A stretch of 64,000 nt of DNA, from positions 1 to 64,000 of IMG/VR virus record IMGVR_UViG_3300031951_000037; one strand, 5' to 3'. Both the position numbers and the translations under genes were made by a program. How positions within the stretch are numbered: position 1 is the first letter of the stretch; each line of letters begins with the position of its first letter. Shown here piece after piece: positions 8,901 to 18,038 of the stretch. The notes beneath the pieces are model-generated. The model did not search any database, was not told where the DNA came from, and saw only the letters and a list, made by a program, of their open reading frames with translations. The DNA is from a virus.

Positions 8901-11706
8901 CGCCATCAATTAAGTTGAATGTTCCAGTAGTAACTAAGTTTGCACCAACTCCACTTGAACCATTGTTGTAGGTGATTGTACCACCGGTGATAGTGGCGAG
9001 TGTCGTAGGTGTTGCTGCTGCAACTGCATCATGAATATTAAGACCTTGTGCAACATCATCAACATATTGCTTAGTGGCTGCATCTGTTGGGTTCGTAGGT
9101 GTAGCAAGATTGATGATCGTATTGCTGGTCATGTCTAAGTTGCCAGCAATACTGCTTACACCTGTGCCTGTTACACTTAGAACACCGGTCGTTGTTAAAT
9201 TACCTGCTGCAACGTTACCTGTAACGCCCAACGAAGTCAATGTGCCGACTGATGTAATGTTTGGTTGTGCCGCTGTTGTTACAGTACCTGCTGTTGTTGC
9301 ACTAGATACAGTACCAGTTACGTTGGCACCTGCAATTGCACTTAGACCACTACCATTACCTGTAATTACGCCAGTGCCAGTATTAAGAGTACCTGCTACG
9401 TTTACGCCAGTACCTGTGACAACAAGAACATTTGCATTTCCTGCTACTGAGATATTGACGTTACCATTAGCAGCAGGCATATTGATGTTTGAGTTACCGT
9501 TTGCATGTGGCCCGATTAAGTTACCAGCTGTAGCATTACCTGATACTGTTAAACTGGTTAGTGTACCAGTTGAAGTAATGTTGGGCTGCGCTGCTGTTGT
9601 TACTGTACCTGCAGTAGTTGCAGCACCACTCAATGCACCCACAAATGTTGTTGCTGTGATACTTGAGTTACCCAAGTTAGCACTGATGCCCGTATTGATG
9701 ACTGCTGAGCTATTGCCGTTTGCACTAGAAGTGGTGAATGTTGGGTAAACAGTTGTAGCAGTGCTTGTGTTCTGTAATAGGGCTGCTGCGTTAGTGGCTG
9801 CTGTAGCACTTGCAACCGTACCTGATACGTTAGCACCCTGAATGTTAGCTAGTGTGTTTGCATTTAGTCCGGCAGTAAATGTTGAATTCCATGTACCGGC
9901 AGTAATAGTACCAACATTTGATATCGCATTTGTTACAGATGTGGGTAACGTTCCGGTGACATTCGCTGCTTGAAGTGAGCTTATACCATTACCATTGCCC
10001 GTAAATACACCTGTGTTAGCGGTGAATGCCACCGCAGTAACAGTTCCGTTTACGCCAAGTGAAGTCAATGTACCTACAGAAGTAATGTTTGGTTGTGCTG
10101 CGGTTGTTACAGTACCAGCAGTAGTTGCGCTCGTTGCGGCGCCGCTTAATGCACCGACAAATGTTGTTGCAGTAATAGAGGCGTTACCTAAGTTAGCACT
10201 GATGCCAGTATTGATAACTGCACTTGAGTTGCCATTAGCACTTGAAGTGGTGAAAGTAGGATATACTGTAGTAGCTGTTGAGGTGTTTTGTAATAGTGCG
10301 GCAGCGTTAGTTGCAGAAGTTGCGCTGGTAGCTGCACCACTCAATGCACCGACAAATGTTGTTGCAGTAATAGAGGCGTTACCTAAGTTAGCACTGATGC
10401 CAGTATTGATAACTGCACTTGAGTTGCCATTAGCACTACTTGTAGTGAATGTAGGATATACTGTTGTCGCAGTGCTTGTATTCTGTAATAAAGCACTAGC
10501 GTTCGTTGCTGCGGTAGCACTTGCTACTGCACCTGAAACATTTCCACCTTGGATATTGCTTAAGTTGCCGCCTTCACCTGATACGTTTGTGAACACCCCG
10601 CGAGTAGCACCAATATTTCCAACGTTAGCGTTGCCGGAAGCGTTTAATGTTCCTGCTACGTTGACACCTGTGCCAGTGACAACAAGGATGTTTGCGTTGC
10701 CAGCTGCGGTGATATTAACATTACCATTAGCAGCAGGTATGTTGACATTACTATTGCCGTTTGCAAATGAACCAGTAATGTTACCGGTTACGTTTGCTAC
10801 AAGATTTCCTGAAATAATCACAGAAGTAGCATTAGCATTGATAGTCTGTGAACCAATATAAATTGTGCTATTTGCTAGATAGATATCTCTGAATCTGTTT
10901 GTATTGTTACCTAAGTCATATGTAATGTTGGCGGTAGGTGTAATATTTCCACTAACTGTCAAACTTGTTAGTGTACCGACGCTTGTAATGTTTGGTTGCG
11001 CTGCTGTTGTTAAAGTTCCACCCAACAATGTAGCTGCAAAGTGTCCGTTTGCGACATTAGCTACGTATGCGGTATTTGAATTTAAAGAATAATATCCGTT
11101 TGCAGTTGATGATATGAAGGTTGGATAATAAGTACCTGTTGTTTGTACATTGTTTAATATTGCGTTGGCGTTTGCAGTAGTAATATTGGGGAAAGCTAAA
11201 GTACTAATATCAACCCACTGTAGCGAAGTTCCGTCATCAATATATTCAAATAGAATACCATTAAATGTGTTGTACCATTGATCACCGGGCTGGGGACTAG
11301 CGGGTGCAGTATTTGCTTGAAATATAGCTCCGGTTAAGCCATACGAACCACGAAAAACTGCATTACTTGTAAAGGTCGCTATGTTTGCGGCGCCATTGAC
11401 ACTTACTACAACATTGCCATTTGCTGTAGGGATTCTAACGTTTGATGTGCCATTTGCGATTGATGTGGCACCAGAGACTGTCTGCCAGCTTAAATTTCCT
11501 GCACCATCAGTTTGTAGATATTGTCCGGCGCTGCCGCCCGTAAGTTTTACGTTACTATTTGAACCTAACGCAACGTTAGCTGCGGCAGTTAGGTTAGCAT
11601 TTCCTGTGACTACGAGATTGGCTGTAGTGGTCGTGTTTGTGGTTGCATCTAATGTGATGTTTCCAGCCGTAAGGCCATTCTTGACGTTAAAGTTTCTAGT
11701 TGCCAC
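5956..11706 (-). CDS. Long repeat-rich fibre protein (1916 aa, GTG start)
   Basis: N/T/G/A-rich; many TTAAQPNITSxGTLxSL units; five copies of an LLQNTSTATTVYPTF...GALSGAAT module; AATKQYVD fibre motif; distinct C-terminal tip region. Confidence 0.85.
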   Translation of the reverse strand: MATRNFNVKNGLTAGNITLDATTNTTTTANLVVTGNANLTAAANVALGSNSNVKLTGGSAGQYLQTDGAGNLSWQTVSGATSIANGTSNVRIPTANGNVVVSVNGAANIATFTSNAVFRGSYGLTGAIFQANTAPASPQPGDQWYNTFNGILFEYIDDGTSLQWVDISTLAFPNITTANANAILNNVQTTGTYYPTFISSTANGYYSLNSNTAYVANVANGHFAATLLGGTLTTAAQPNITSVGTLTSLTVSGNITPTANITYDLGNNTNRFRDIYLANSTIYIGSQTINANATSVIISGNLVANVTGNITGSFANGNSNVNIPAANGNVNITAAGNANILVVTGTGVNVAGTLNASGNANVGNIGATRGVFTNVSGEGGNLSNIQGGNVSGAVASATAATNASALLQNTSTATTVYPTFTTSSANGNSSAVINTGISANLGNASITATTFVGALSGAATSATSATNAAALLQNTSTATTVYPTFTTSSANGNSSAVINTGISANLGNASITATTFVGALSGAATSATTAGTVTTAAQPNITSVGTLTSLGVNGTVTAVAFTANTGVFTGNGNGISSLQAANVTGTLPTSVTNAISNVGTITAGTWNSTFTAGLNANTLANIQGANVSGTVASATAATNAAALLQNTSTATTVYPTFTTSSANGNSSAVINTGISANLGNSSITATTFVGALSGAATTAGTVTTAAQPNITSTGTLTSLTVSGNATAGNLIGPHANGNSNINMPAANGNVNISVAGNANVLVVTGTGVNVAGTLNTGTGVITGNGSGLSAIAGANVTGTVSSATTAGTVTTAAQPNITSVGTLTSLGVTGNVAAGNLTTTGVLSVTGTGVSSIAGNLDMTSNTIINLATPTNPTDAATKQYVDDVAQGLNIHDAVAAATPTTLATITGGTITYNNGSSGVGANLVTTGTFNLIDGVNVQTAGTRILVRSEANAVHNGIYTWSNATVITRATDYDSVPEVEAGDFVFVTGGTLYDNTGWVQTDTVTAIGTAGNNINFTQFSGAGTYNAGTGLTLTGSTFSVNASQTQITSVGTLGSLTVTGNASAGNLNTAGAVVASTLTSNVAAGTAPLTVTSTTLVPNLYVARANVADFISASAGTGNNFLVFANAATGNVSELTSTGLTANLSNNSITATTFVGALSGAATTAGTVTTNAQPNITSVGTLTSLGVNGTVTAVAFTANTGVFTGNGNGLSSLQASNVTGTLPTSVTNAISNVGTITAGTWNSTFTAGLNANTLANIQGANVSGTVASATAATNASALLQNTSTATTVYPTFTTSSANGNSAAVFNTGISANLGNASITATTFVGALSGAATSATTAGTVTTAAQPNITSVGTLTSLGVSGAVTASTLVSNVVTGTAPLTVTSTTRVANLNVANSGFADAATNAAALLQNTSTATTVYPTFTTSSANGNSQAVFNTGISANLGNASITATTFVGALSGAATSATTAGTVTTAAQPNITSTGTLSSLTVSGKASLTSTSNALEIGGYTQIGGASSSVGIKFTGGGTLFGLAMQPATDGTNMMTFFNAANTAVGSITQTAANVTWNGLVTGSNVTGTVASATTAGTVTTAAQPNITSTGTLTSLTTSGNLTFNSTGQRILGDFSNATVNSRVAFQSSALNTNTVVHAIPNGTGTVAAFSVESDPAITNGQFGQYAVIANTDVRFISSVRGTGSFVPLTFYAGNSERMRVDTNGNVGIGNTAPTHRLSVTGTTSLVGNVTIQSNVSYVSPNGSNTITERMANGGTLSWNGNAGQLFSIVDSMTGNIFTVNDVSGVPLISVDSGGNIQLAASGGFVSFGVTTGAAGAGSTQGTATALTRPITVVSTVSNGANGVILPTVPAGTRIIIVNTSANALNVYPPSGAVVNSGSTNASYSQPAGARLEYFSTSSTQWYTLNATYG
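10148..10437. repeat. Two 95-nt identical segments (10148-10242 and 10343-10437), 195-nt period
   Basis: Base-by-base comparison; corresponds to a tandem 65-aa module. Confidence 0.9.
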
Positions 11707-11733
11707 AGTTCCATATATCCCTGTTGTTATGTG

Positions 11734-11741
11734 TATTTATT
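11734..11741 (-). promoter_or_regulatory. T4-late-type promoter box AATAAATA (tandem overlapping copy)
   Basis: Intergenic, upstream of GTG 11706. Confidence 0.55.
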
Positions 11742-11745
11742 TATT

Positions 11746-11779
11746 GCCTGCCCAAATCGTATTAAACGGTCGGGCAGGC
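11746..11779. other. GC-rich intergenic hairpin
   Basis: GCCTGCCC (11746-53) pairs with GGGCAGGC (11772-79); no U-tract on the coding (minus) strand. Confidence 0.6.
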
Positions 11780-11786
11780 TGTATTA

Positions 11787-14700
11787 TTAAATCTGTATGT
11801 AACTAGAAACAACATTCACTCTTACGTTTGCACCAATGTTAGATGCATATAGAGAAACGTTTCCTGAGACACCATTGATATTTGCACTCAAGTTAACGAT
11901 TTCACTTGAAACGTTTGAACTGATAGAACCGTAAATAGTAATGTAAGCATCTGAGCCGTCGTGTACTAGCAGTGTTTCAATTGACTGGAATCCAAAATCT
12001 CCAGATGCACTGATAACATATTTGGCTGTTCTAAACGTTGAAGGAGCAAACTGATCAATTACAGTGTTAGTACCTACAGAAACGTTTGCTCTACTGCTAG
12101 TTAATCCGCCACTGACACGAACATTACCGGATGAAACGTTACCAGATACTGTGAGTGAACTCAGTGTACCCAAGCTTGTAATGTTCGGCTGTGCAGCAGT
12201 CGTTAACGTACCAGTTAATAGGCTTGCACCGATCGTACCTGCGTTTGCATAGACATTACCAGCAATTACGTTTGCGGTAACTGATAAATTACTTAATGTA
12301 CCAACACTTGTGATATTTGGCTGTGCTGCTGTTGTTAAAGTACCAGTTAGTAAGCTTGCGCCAATTGTACCTGAGTTAGCATAGACGTTGCCTGCGGTGA
12401 CGTTTGCAGTGAATACACCAGCTGCCGCGCCGAGGTTACCAACATTAGCATTACCTGTAGCATTCAATGTGCCTGCTACGTTAATTCCAGTACCCGTGAT
12501 TACTACTACGTTGGCATTGCCCGCCACATCAAAGTTAATATTTCCGTTTGCAGCAGGAATATTAATATCTGAGTTGCCGTTTGCAAAAGTACCAATAAAG
12601 TTACCAGCGGTGACGTTGCCTGTTACTGCTAGTGAAGTGAGAGTACCAACACTTGTAATATTAGGCTGAGCGTTTGTAGTTACAGTACCAGCAGTTGTAG
12701 CTGAACCAGCTGTACCTGCTGTAGCAACGTTCAAGTTTGCAACTTGAGTAGTTGATGTTACGACAAACGGAGCAGTACCAGTTGCAACGTTACTGATTAA
12801 TTGCGGTGCTGTTACGTTAGCACTTGCAAGGACTTGAGCGGTACCTAAGTTACCAACGTTAGCATTACCAGTAACATTTAGTGTACCAGCTACGTTAACG
12901 CCGGTTGATGTTGCAACCATTCTTGCAGTAGCGTTACCTGTAACAAATAGTGATATGTTACCGTTTGCAGTGAGGGTAATATTTGAGTTACCGTTCTGTA
13001 ACAAACCACTGTTGATCGTAGTGATGTTACCGGTTGTGAATACACCAGTGGTTGCGCCAATTGTACCTGAGTTAGCATAGACGTTGCCTGCCGTTACGTT
13101 ACCAGTAACACCCAATGATGTTAGTGTACCAACACTCGTAATATTTGGCTGTGCAGCAGTTGTTAACGTACCAGTTAATAGTGAAGCGCCAATTGTACCT
13201 GAGTTAGCATAGACATTGCCAGCAGTAGCGTTTCCAGTAACAGATAGCGAGCCAAGTGTACCAACGCTAGTCAAGCTTGATGTTACAATTGACGAGTTAA
13301 GAGTGGTACCGGTCAAGTTAGCTGCGTTTGCTGTAATAGCTACGTTAGCAGCGGCAGTTAGCTGACCTTGACTGTTAACACTAAATGTAGCGACCCTATC
13401 ACCGTTGCCGTATGAGCCAGAAACTACCGTAGTGTTAGAGATACTAAACTCTAGGTTTGGAGATAGCGTTAGTCCGGTGCCAGCAGTATAGTCTTGAGTA
13501 GCACTGAACTGTGAGAATGTGATGTTCGTTGTACCAAACGTAATTGTACCAACAGTAGAAACAATCCAAGAAGTGTTGATATTGTCTGTACCGCCAGTAA
13601 CAAAGAACAAGTCGTTTTGACCTAGTGCGTCTGGATCAGCAGCACCATACGTATCAGCATCAGTTGAACGAGTGATAGTTGTAGTGTTTGAGTAGGTGTA
13701 AATACCGTTATGTGCAGCGTTAGCTTCGTTCTTGACAAGAATACGAGTACCAACTGTTTGTACGTTTGCACCGTCAATTAAATTGAAAGTACCAGTTGTG
13801 GTAAGAGTTGCACCTACACCACCTGTACCGTTGTTATAAGTGATTGTGCCACCAGTTGCTGTAGCCAATGTTGTAGTAGTTGCAGCGGCAACAGCGGGGT
13901 GAACAGAAATACCAGTTGACACCAGTGTATCAACATATCCCTTAGTAGCAGCATCGCTTAAGTTAAACGGAGTCTTTACGTTAGTAATGTATGCACTGTT
14001 GGCATCAATGTTACCTGTACCATTTGGCTTTAGGTTGATATTAGTGTTTGTACCAGCGGAAGTAATAGTTAGTGCACCGGTACGTCCAATAATATTATCA
14101 GAAACTAAGTTAGCACTAGAAGTAACGTTGCCTGTTGCAATTACTTGGCCAGCAGTACCAAAGTTGCTAGCGTTGGCGTTGCCAGTAGCATTTAGTGTAC
14201 CTGCTACGTTAACGCCAGTTGCAGTGACTACAACAACGTTAGCAGTGCCAGCAGCACTAATATTAACATTGCCGTTTGCAGCAGGAATATTGACGTTGCT
14301 ATTGCCGTTTGCTAAAGCACCAATGAAGTTACCTGATGTAGTATTACCAGAAACTGAGAGACTTGTTAGTGTACCGACTGAGGTGATGTTTGGTTGTGCA
14401 GCAGTTGTTACCGTGCCTGCTGTTGTTGCTGATCCGGCAGTTGCAGCATTCAAGTTTGCAACTTGTGTAGTTGAGTTGACGACAAGAGGAGCAGTACCGG
14501 TTGAAACGTTTGAGATTAGCTGAGGTGCTGTTACGTTAGCACTTGCGAGAACTTGTGCGGTACCTAAGTTACCAACGTTTGCGTTACCAGTTACGTTAGC
14601 AGTACCTGCTACGTTCATACCAGTTGAAGTAATAACAACTTCATCAGGTGTACCGGTAGCTGATAGACTGATATTACCGTTAGCAGTAATAGTGATGTTA

Positions 14701-15359
14701 CTATTACCATTCTGCACCAAACCACTATTAATCGTAGTGATATTACCGGTTGTGATTACTGCGGTTGCAGCACCAATGTTACCAACGTTAGCATTACCGG
14801 TTGCATTCAATGTACCTGCTACGTTTGCGCCAGTTCCAGTAACTACGAATACGTTAGCATTGCCACCTACTGAGGTATTTACGTTGCCATTAGTGACAGG
14901 AATAGTAATATTAGAAGTACCATTAGCAATACCATTACCGCTAGGAACAGCAGCCCAAGTTAAGTTTCCTGAGCCGTTGGTCTGTAGATAAAAGCCGCTA
15001 GAACCACCAGTGATAATAACATTACCGACGTTACCTAAATTAGTGACGCCGTTTACAGTTAATCCAGTTAATGTGCCGAGACTGGTGATATTTGGCTGGG
15101 CTGCGGTTGTTACTGTACCGGCTGTGGTTGCTGCGCCGGCAGTAGCAACACTTAAGTTGGCGACTTGAGTAGTTGAAGTGACGATGAACGGTGCAGTGCC
15201 GGTAGTGACATTACTGATTAGCTGTGGAGCAGTGATATTTGCAGTGGCAAGCAACTGTGCAGCAGATAGATTGCCTACATTAGCATTACCGGTTGCTGCA
15301 TCAATAGTCGCGGTACCTACCGTCAAACCATTTTTAACATTAAAATTTCTTGTTGCCAT
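11787..15359 (-). CDS. Repeat-rich fibre protein (1190 aa), paralog of the 1916-aa fibre
   Basis: Same MATRNFNVKNGLT start; AGNVYANSGTIG and TTAAQPNITS repeats; C-terminal FRTAKYVI...ETLLVHDG domain. Confidence 0.85.
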   Translation of the reverse strand: MATRNFNVKNGLTVGTATIDAATGNANVGNLSAAQLLATANITAPQLISNVTTGTAPFIVTSTTQVANLSVATAGAATTAGTVTTAAQPNITSLGTLTGLTVNGVTNLGNVGNVIITGGSSGFYLQTNGSGNLTWAAVPSGNGIANGTSNITIPVTNGNVNTSVGGNANVFVVTGTGANVAGTLNATGNANVGNIGAATAVITTGNITTINSGLVQNGNSNITITANGNISLSATGTPDEVVITSTGMNVAGTANVTGNANVGNLGTAQVLASANVTAPQLISNVSTGTAPLVVNSTTQVANLNAATAGSATTAGTVTTAAQPNITSVGTLTSLSVSGNTTSGNFIGALANGNSNVNIPAANGNVNISAAGTANVVVVTATGVNVAGTLNATGNANASNFGTAGQVIATGNVTSSANLVSDNIIGRTGALTITSAGTNTNINLKPNGTGNIDANSAYITNVKTPFNLSDAATKGYVDTLVSTGISVHPAVAAATTTTLATATGGTITYNNGTGGVGATLTTTGTFNLIDGANVQTVGTRILVKNEANAAHNGIYTYSNTTTITRSTDADTYGAADPDALGQNDLFFVTGGTDNINTSWIVSTVGTITFGTTNITFSQFSATQDYTAGTGLTLSPNLEFSISNTTVVSGSYGNGDRVATFSVNSQGQLTAAANVAITANAANLTGTTLNSSIVTSSLTSVGTLGSLSVTGNATAGNVYANSGTIGASLLTGTLTTAAQPNITSVGTLTSLGVTGNVTAGNVYANSGTIGATTGVFTTGNITTINSGLLQNGNSNITLTANGNISLFVTGNATARMVATSTGVNVAGTLNVTGNANVGNLGTAQVLASANVTAPQLISNVATGTAPFVVTSTTQVANLNVATAGTAGSATTAGTVTTNAQPNITSVGTLTSLAVTGNVTAGNFIGTFANGNSDINIPAANGNINFDVAGNANVVVITGTGINVAGTLNATGNANVGNLGAAAGVFTANVTAGNVYANSGTIGASLLTGTLTTAAQPNITSVGTLSNLSVTANVIAGNVYANAGTIGASLLTGTLTTAAQPNITSLGTLSSLTVSGNVSSGNVRVSGGLTSSRANVSVGTNTVIDQFAPSTFRTAKYVISASGDFGFQSIETLLVHDGSDAYITIYGSISSNVSSEIVNLSANINGVSGNVSLYASNIGANVRVNVVSSYIQI

Positions 15360-15377
15360 TTTATATCACCCTAATTT

Positions 15378-16397
15378 TTAGTCCGGAACATATGTTCCTA
15401 ATAAGTTCACTCTCGTATTCGCACTTAGTCCAGTCGCCCTAAGCTCAACTATACCAGTGTTAACATCTGATTCTAGCACGATGATATCTGATCCTGTTGT
15501 GGATAAGCTACCATAAACCGTAGTAATACTATTTATGTTATCGTGTACTAAAAGTACCTCTAGAGCCTGATAACCCAAATCATTACTTGCTCTAATTGTG
15601 TACTTTGCTGAACGATATTCATTGATTCCAAACGAATCAATAATCGTATCTGTTGTGACAATTACCGGTGCTCTATTACTATAAAGATCACTCACACGTA
15701 TGTTGTTTGCAGTAATCGTACTGTTTGAAACAATGTTTGATGCGTTAAATGTTCCGCGTGCAGTAACATTCCCTGAGGTTGATCCTACAATAACATTAGC
15801 TTCCAAACCAATATTAACATCATCAACCAGTGATGCAAAGATACCGGCGTTATTTCCGTCTACCGCAATAACCCCCTGAGCAATCTTAACGCAACCCAAA
15901 TTAGAAACTAGATAGTTTGCATTAATGATGTTAGCATTAGAAATGTTTCCTGTTACTACTAGATTTCCCTGTAAGGTCGCACTATTATTAGATATCACAA
16001 GAACATTACTAGTGCCCGCTACAGAAACACTTACGTTTCCGTTTGCAGCAACTCTAACATTACTATTACCATTGACAATTGCAGTGCTGTCACCCACATT
16101 AGCAAATACTATATTTCCATTTCCGTCTGAAGATAGTACCTGACCGACACTTCCGTTCGCATTCGGAAAAGTATATTTCTCATAGAAAGTTACAGTGTTT
16201 GAACCTAAATTGACAACGTTAGACCAGCTTCTAATACCATTTGATGTTGAGGTGAACAGACTACCTGTTACAGCGGGTACACCTAAACTAGGTTCTGCAT
16301 CCGAAAGCCCTAAAAATTCATAGCGGCTGCTAGGAAGATTATTATAGGACGTAACCGGTACGCGACCACTTAGTAGTTTAGATGAGTTTGTTCCCAT
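15378..16397 (-). CDS. Virion structural/fibre-associated protein (339 aa)
   Basis: GQVLSSDGNGN fibre motif; C-terminal YRSAKYTI...EVLLVHDN domain shared with the 1190-aa protein. Confidence 0.7.
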   Translation of the reverse strand: MGTNSSKLLSGRVPVTSYNNLPSSRYEFLGLSDAEPSLGVPAVTGSLFTSTSNGIRSWSNVVNLGSNTVTFYEKYTFPNANGSVGQVLSSDGNGNIVFANVGDSTAIVNGNSNVRVAANGNVSVSVAGTSNVLVISNNSATLQGNLVVTGNISNANIINANYLVSNLGCVKIAQGVIAVDGNNAGIFASLVDDVNIGLEANVIVGSTSGNVTARGTFNASNIVSNSTITANNIRVSDLYSNRAPVIVTTDTIIDSFGINEYRSAKYTIRASNDLGYQALEVLLVHDNINSITTVYGSLSTTGSDIIVLESDVNTGIVELRATGLSANTRVNLLGTYVPD

Positions 16398-16398
16398 A

Positions 16399-16737
16399 TT
16401 ATGAGCCAGTCACCAGTGTTTCTAGATAGCTTAGTGTTAATTGTGCGCTAGTGTCATCACTGCTAGTGAATTCTAATTGGTCTCCGTAATTCAATATCAA
16501 TCTACCAGTCAATACGGTAATTGCATCGTTAGTCGGCACGTTAGCTTCTTTTATTAAATTAGTGGGTACGCCGCCTCTATTAACAGCGGCTGTTATCTGT
16601 ATTGTTGAATTTCCGTTGTTACTGACTTGAGCCAACAGAACTACAGTAGCGTAGCCTAAAGGAGGTGTATACACAGATTCTGTGGTAGTTGTTATATCAG
16701 CAAATGATGTTTTAAAATTATTTAATGCGGCTGGCAT
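16399..16737 (-). CDS. Small beta-rich virion structural protein (112 aa)
   Basis: Tightly packed in the operon; predicted beta-rich sequence (VYTPP...LxLxxGDQL). Confidence 0.6.
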   Translation of the reverse strand: MPAALNNFKTSFADITTTTESVYTPPLGYATVVLLAQVSNNGNSTIQITAAVNRGGVPTNLIKEANVPTNDAITVLTGRLILNYGDQLEFTSSDDTSAQLTLSYLETLVTGS

Positions 16738-16753
16738 AACGTTTCCTTCTTCA

Positions 16754-18001
16754 TTAATCTGAACCCAAAGCCAGAATAAACGGGGTCATCTGTGCAAACA
16801 AACTTTGATAGTAATAAGTACCTGTAATGGTTCCGGTAGCTTGGTTAATTGTAAAACCCTGACCTACTTTAAAATTACCTTTTTGATCGGTACTTGTAAA
16901 TGTTATAATTCCGCCGCCTGTCTGTATAACTTCGTTAGCTTCAATAGGTATGCCACCATATTGTGGCAACGCTGTTGCTGGATCAATACCGGCTCCCACA
17001 TACTCAAACGTGTGTGCGCTAGCAATGATTGAGCTACGTACATAAAACGAGACTGCTGTTCCCGGTGCCGGTTCACCGTTATATATTTGTTGTATAGCTA
17101 CTGTAGCTTGACCTATTGTCGGTGTGTCCGGGAAAATAGTATCAATCGTATAGAAATTAGGATCACCATCAATCATCATAATCGTGTTTACATTGGGATG
17201 GTCATTTGTTAGATTGTCAATGACAAATACGCCCTGGAAATGCGATACAATTGTTCCAGCAGTCTGTAGTGGACCATATCCGTCAGCAACAAGACCGTAG
17301 TTTCCAATTGAACAATCGCTACCATTTAATGTACAGAATCCACCAGACTCTACTTTAATTCCTATATCACACGCAATAGTGTATATATTAACTAATTGAC
17401 TATAGCCACTGTTAGCAATACGAATTCCTACACCACCTCTATTGATGATTGTAAAGAATCCAACAATCATTGCTTTCGTACTGACTGAACTTACATTATC
17501 ACCGTCAATATATACAGCAGTTCCCGTAGTAGTAGTGCTAGTGATGTTCTGAATATAGGGGCTTACGAATACATTCTGCGAGGGTGTGGTAGGATCGTAA
17601 CTAAATCCGTTTGCTAGATAGTTTCTGATCGTAATGCCCCAAACATATGTTCCGTTACGCATATAGAATAGATCATCTGCTGGAGTCTGCGGAATTACGA
17701 AAACACTTCTAAGGTTATCTCCCATCAATGCTACGTTCGCAGGGATAGTAATAGGATTATCTTCAGTGTATGTTCCGGGAGCTACGTGTACTGAGAATCC
17801 TCCTGCCGCAGCAGCGGTCATTGCTTGTTTAATAGTTAAAAAAGGATTGTTCAGTGTTCCGTCGTTACTATCGTTGCCGTTTTTTGCAACATATAAAATC
17901 TTAGACGGGGCGCCGACGAGGTTTCCATTGGCATCAATAACCGTCTTAGAGTTCTCTCCTACTGAGAAACCACCAACTGAGTTAATAGGTCTTAATGCCA
18001 T
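16754..18001 (-). CDS. Pectin-lyase-like beta-helix virion protein (415 aa)
   Basis: LYVAKNGNDSNDGT..NPFLTIKQA...VHVAPGTY.E motif, typical of the start of a right-handed beta-helix. Confidence 0.75.
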   Translation of the reverse strand: MALRPINSVGGFSVGENSKTVIDANGNLVGAPSKILYVAKNGNDSNDGTLNNPFLTIKQAMTAAAAGGFSVHVAPGTYTEDNPITIPANVALMGDNLRSVFVIPQTPADDLFYMRNGTYVWGITIRNYLANGFSYDPTTPSQNVFVSPYIQNITSTTTTGTAVYIDGDNVSSVSTKAMIVGFFTIINRGGVGIRIANSGYSQLVNIYTIACDIGIKVESGGFCTLNGSDCSIGNYGLVADGYGPLQTAGTIVSHFQGVFVIDNLTNDHPNVNTIMMIDGDPNFYTIDTIFPDTPTIGQATVAIQQIYNGEPAPGTAVSFYVRSSIIASAHTFEYVGAGIDPATALPQYGGIPIEANEVIQTGGGIITFTSTDQKGNFKVGQGFTINQATGTITGTYYYQSLFAQMTPFILALGSD

Positions 18002-18026
18002 CTTCTTCTTGTCCCTTTAGTCTCTA

Positions 18027-18034
18027 TATTTATC
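18027..18034 (-). promoter_or_regulatory. T4-late-type promoter box GATAAATA
   Basis: Intergenic, upstream of ATG 18001. Confidence 0.6.
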
Positions 18035-18038
18035 AATA

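Noticed and set aside
39-14991. Many plus-strand ORFs up to 288 aa (V/P/A/L/T-rich) over the fibre genes
   Set aside because: Antisense shadows of low-complexity T/A/G/N codons; they mirror the minus-strand repeats and lack plausible starts or SD sites.
1-15359. Diversity-generating retroelement (TR/VR pair) among the fibre or LamG repeats
   Set aside because: No reverse transcriptase in the window; repeat copies are all coding and differ mainly at synonymous sites, not adenine-specifically.
5956-15359. Dense N-x-S/T sequons suggesting N-glycosylated fibres
   Set aside because: Expected by chance from the N/S/T-rich composition; no glycosylation genes in the window.
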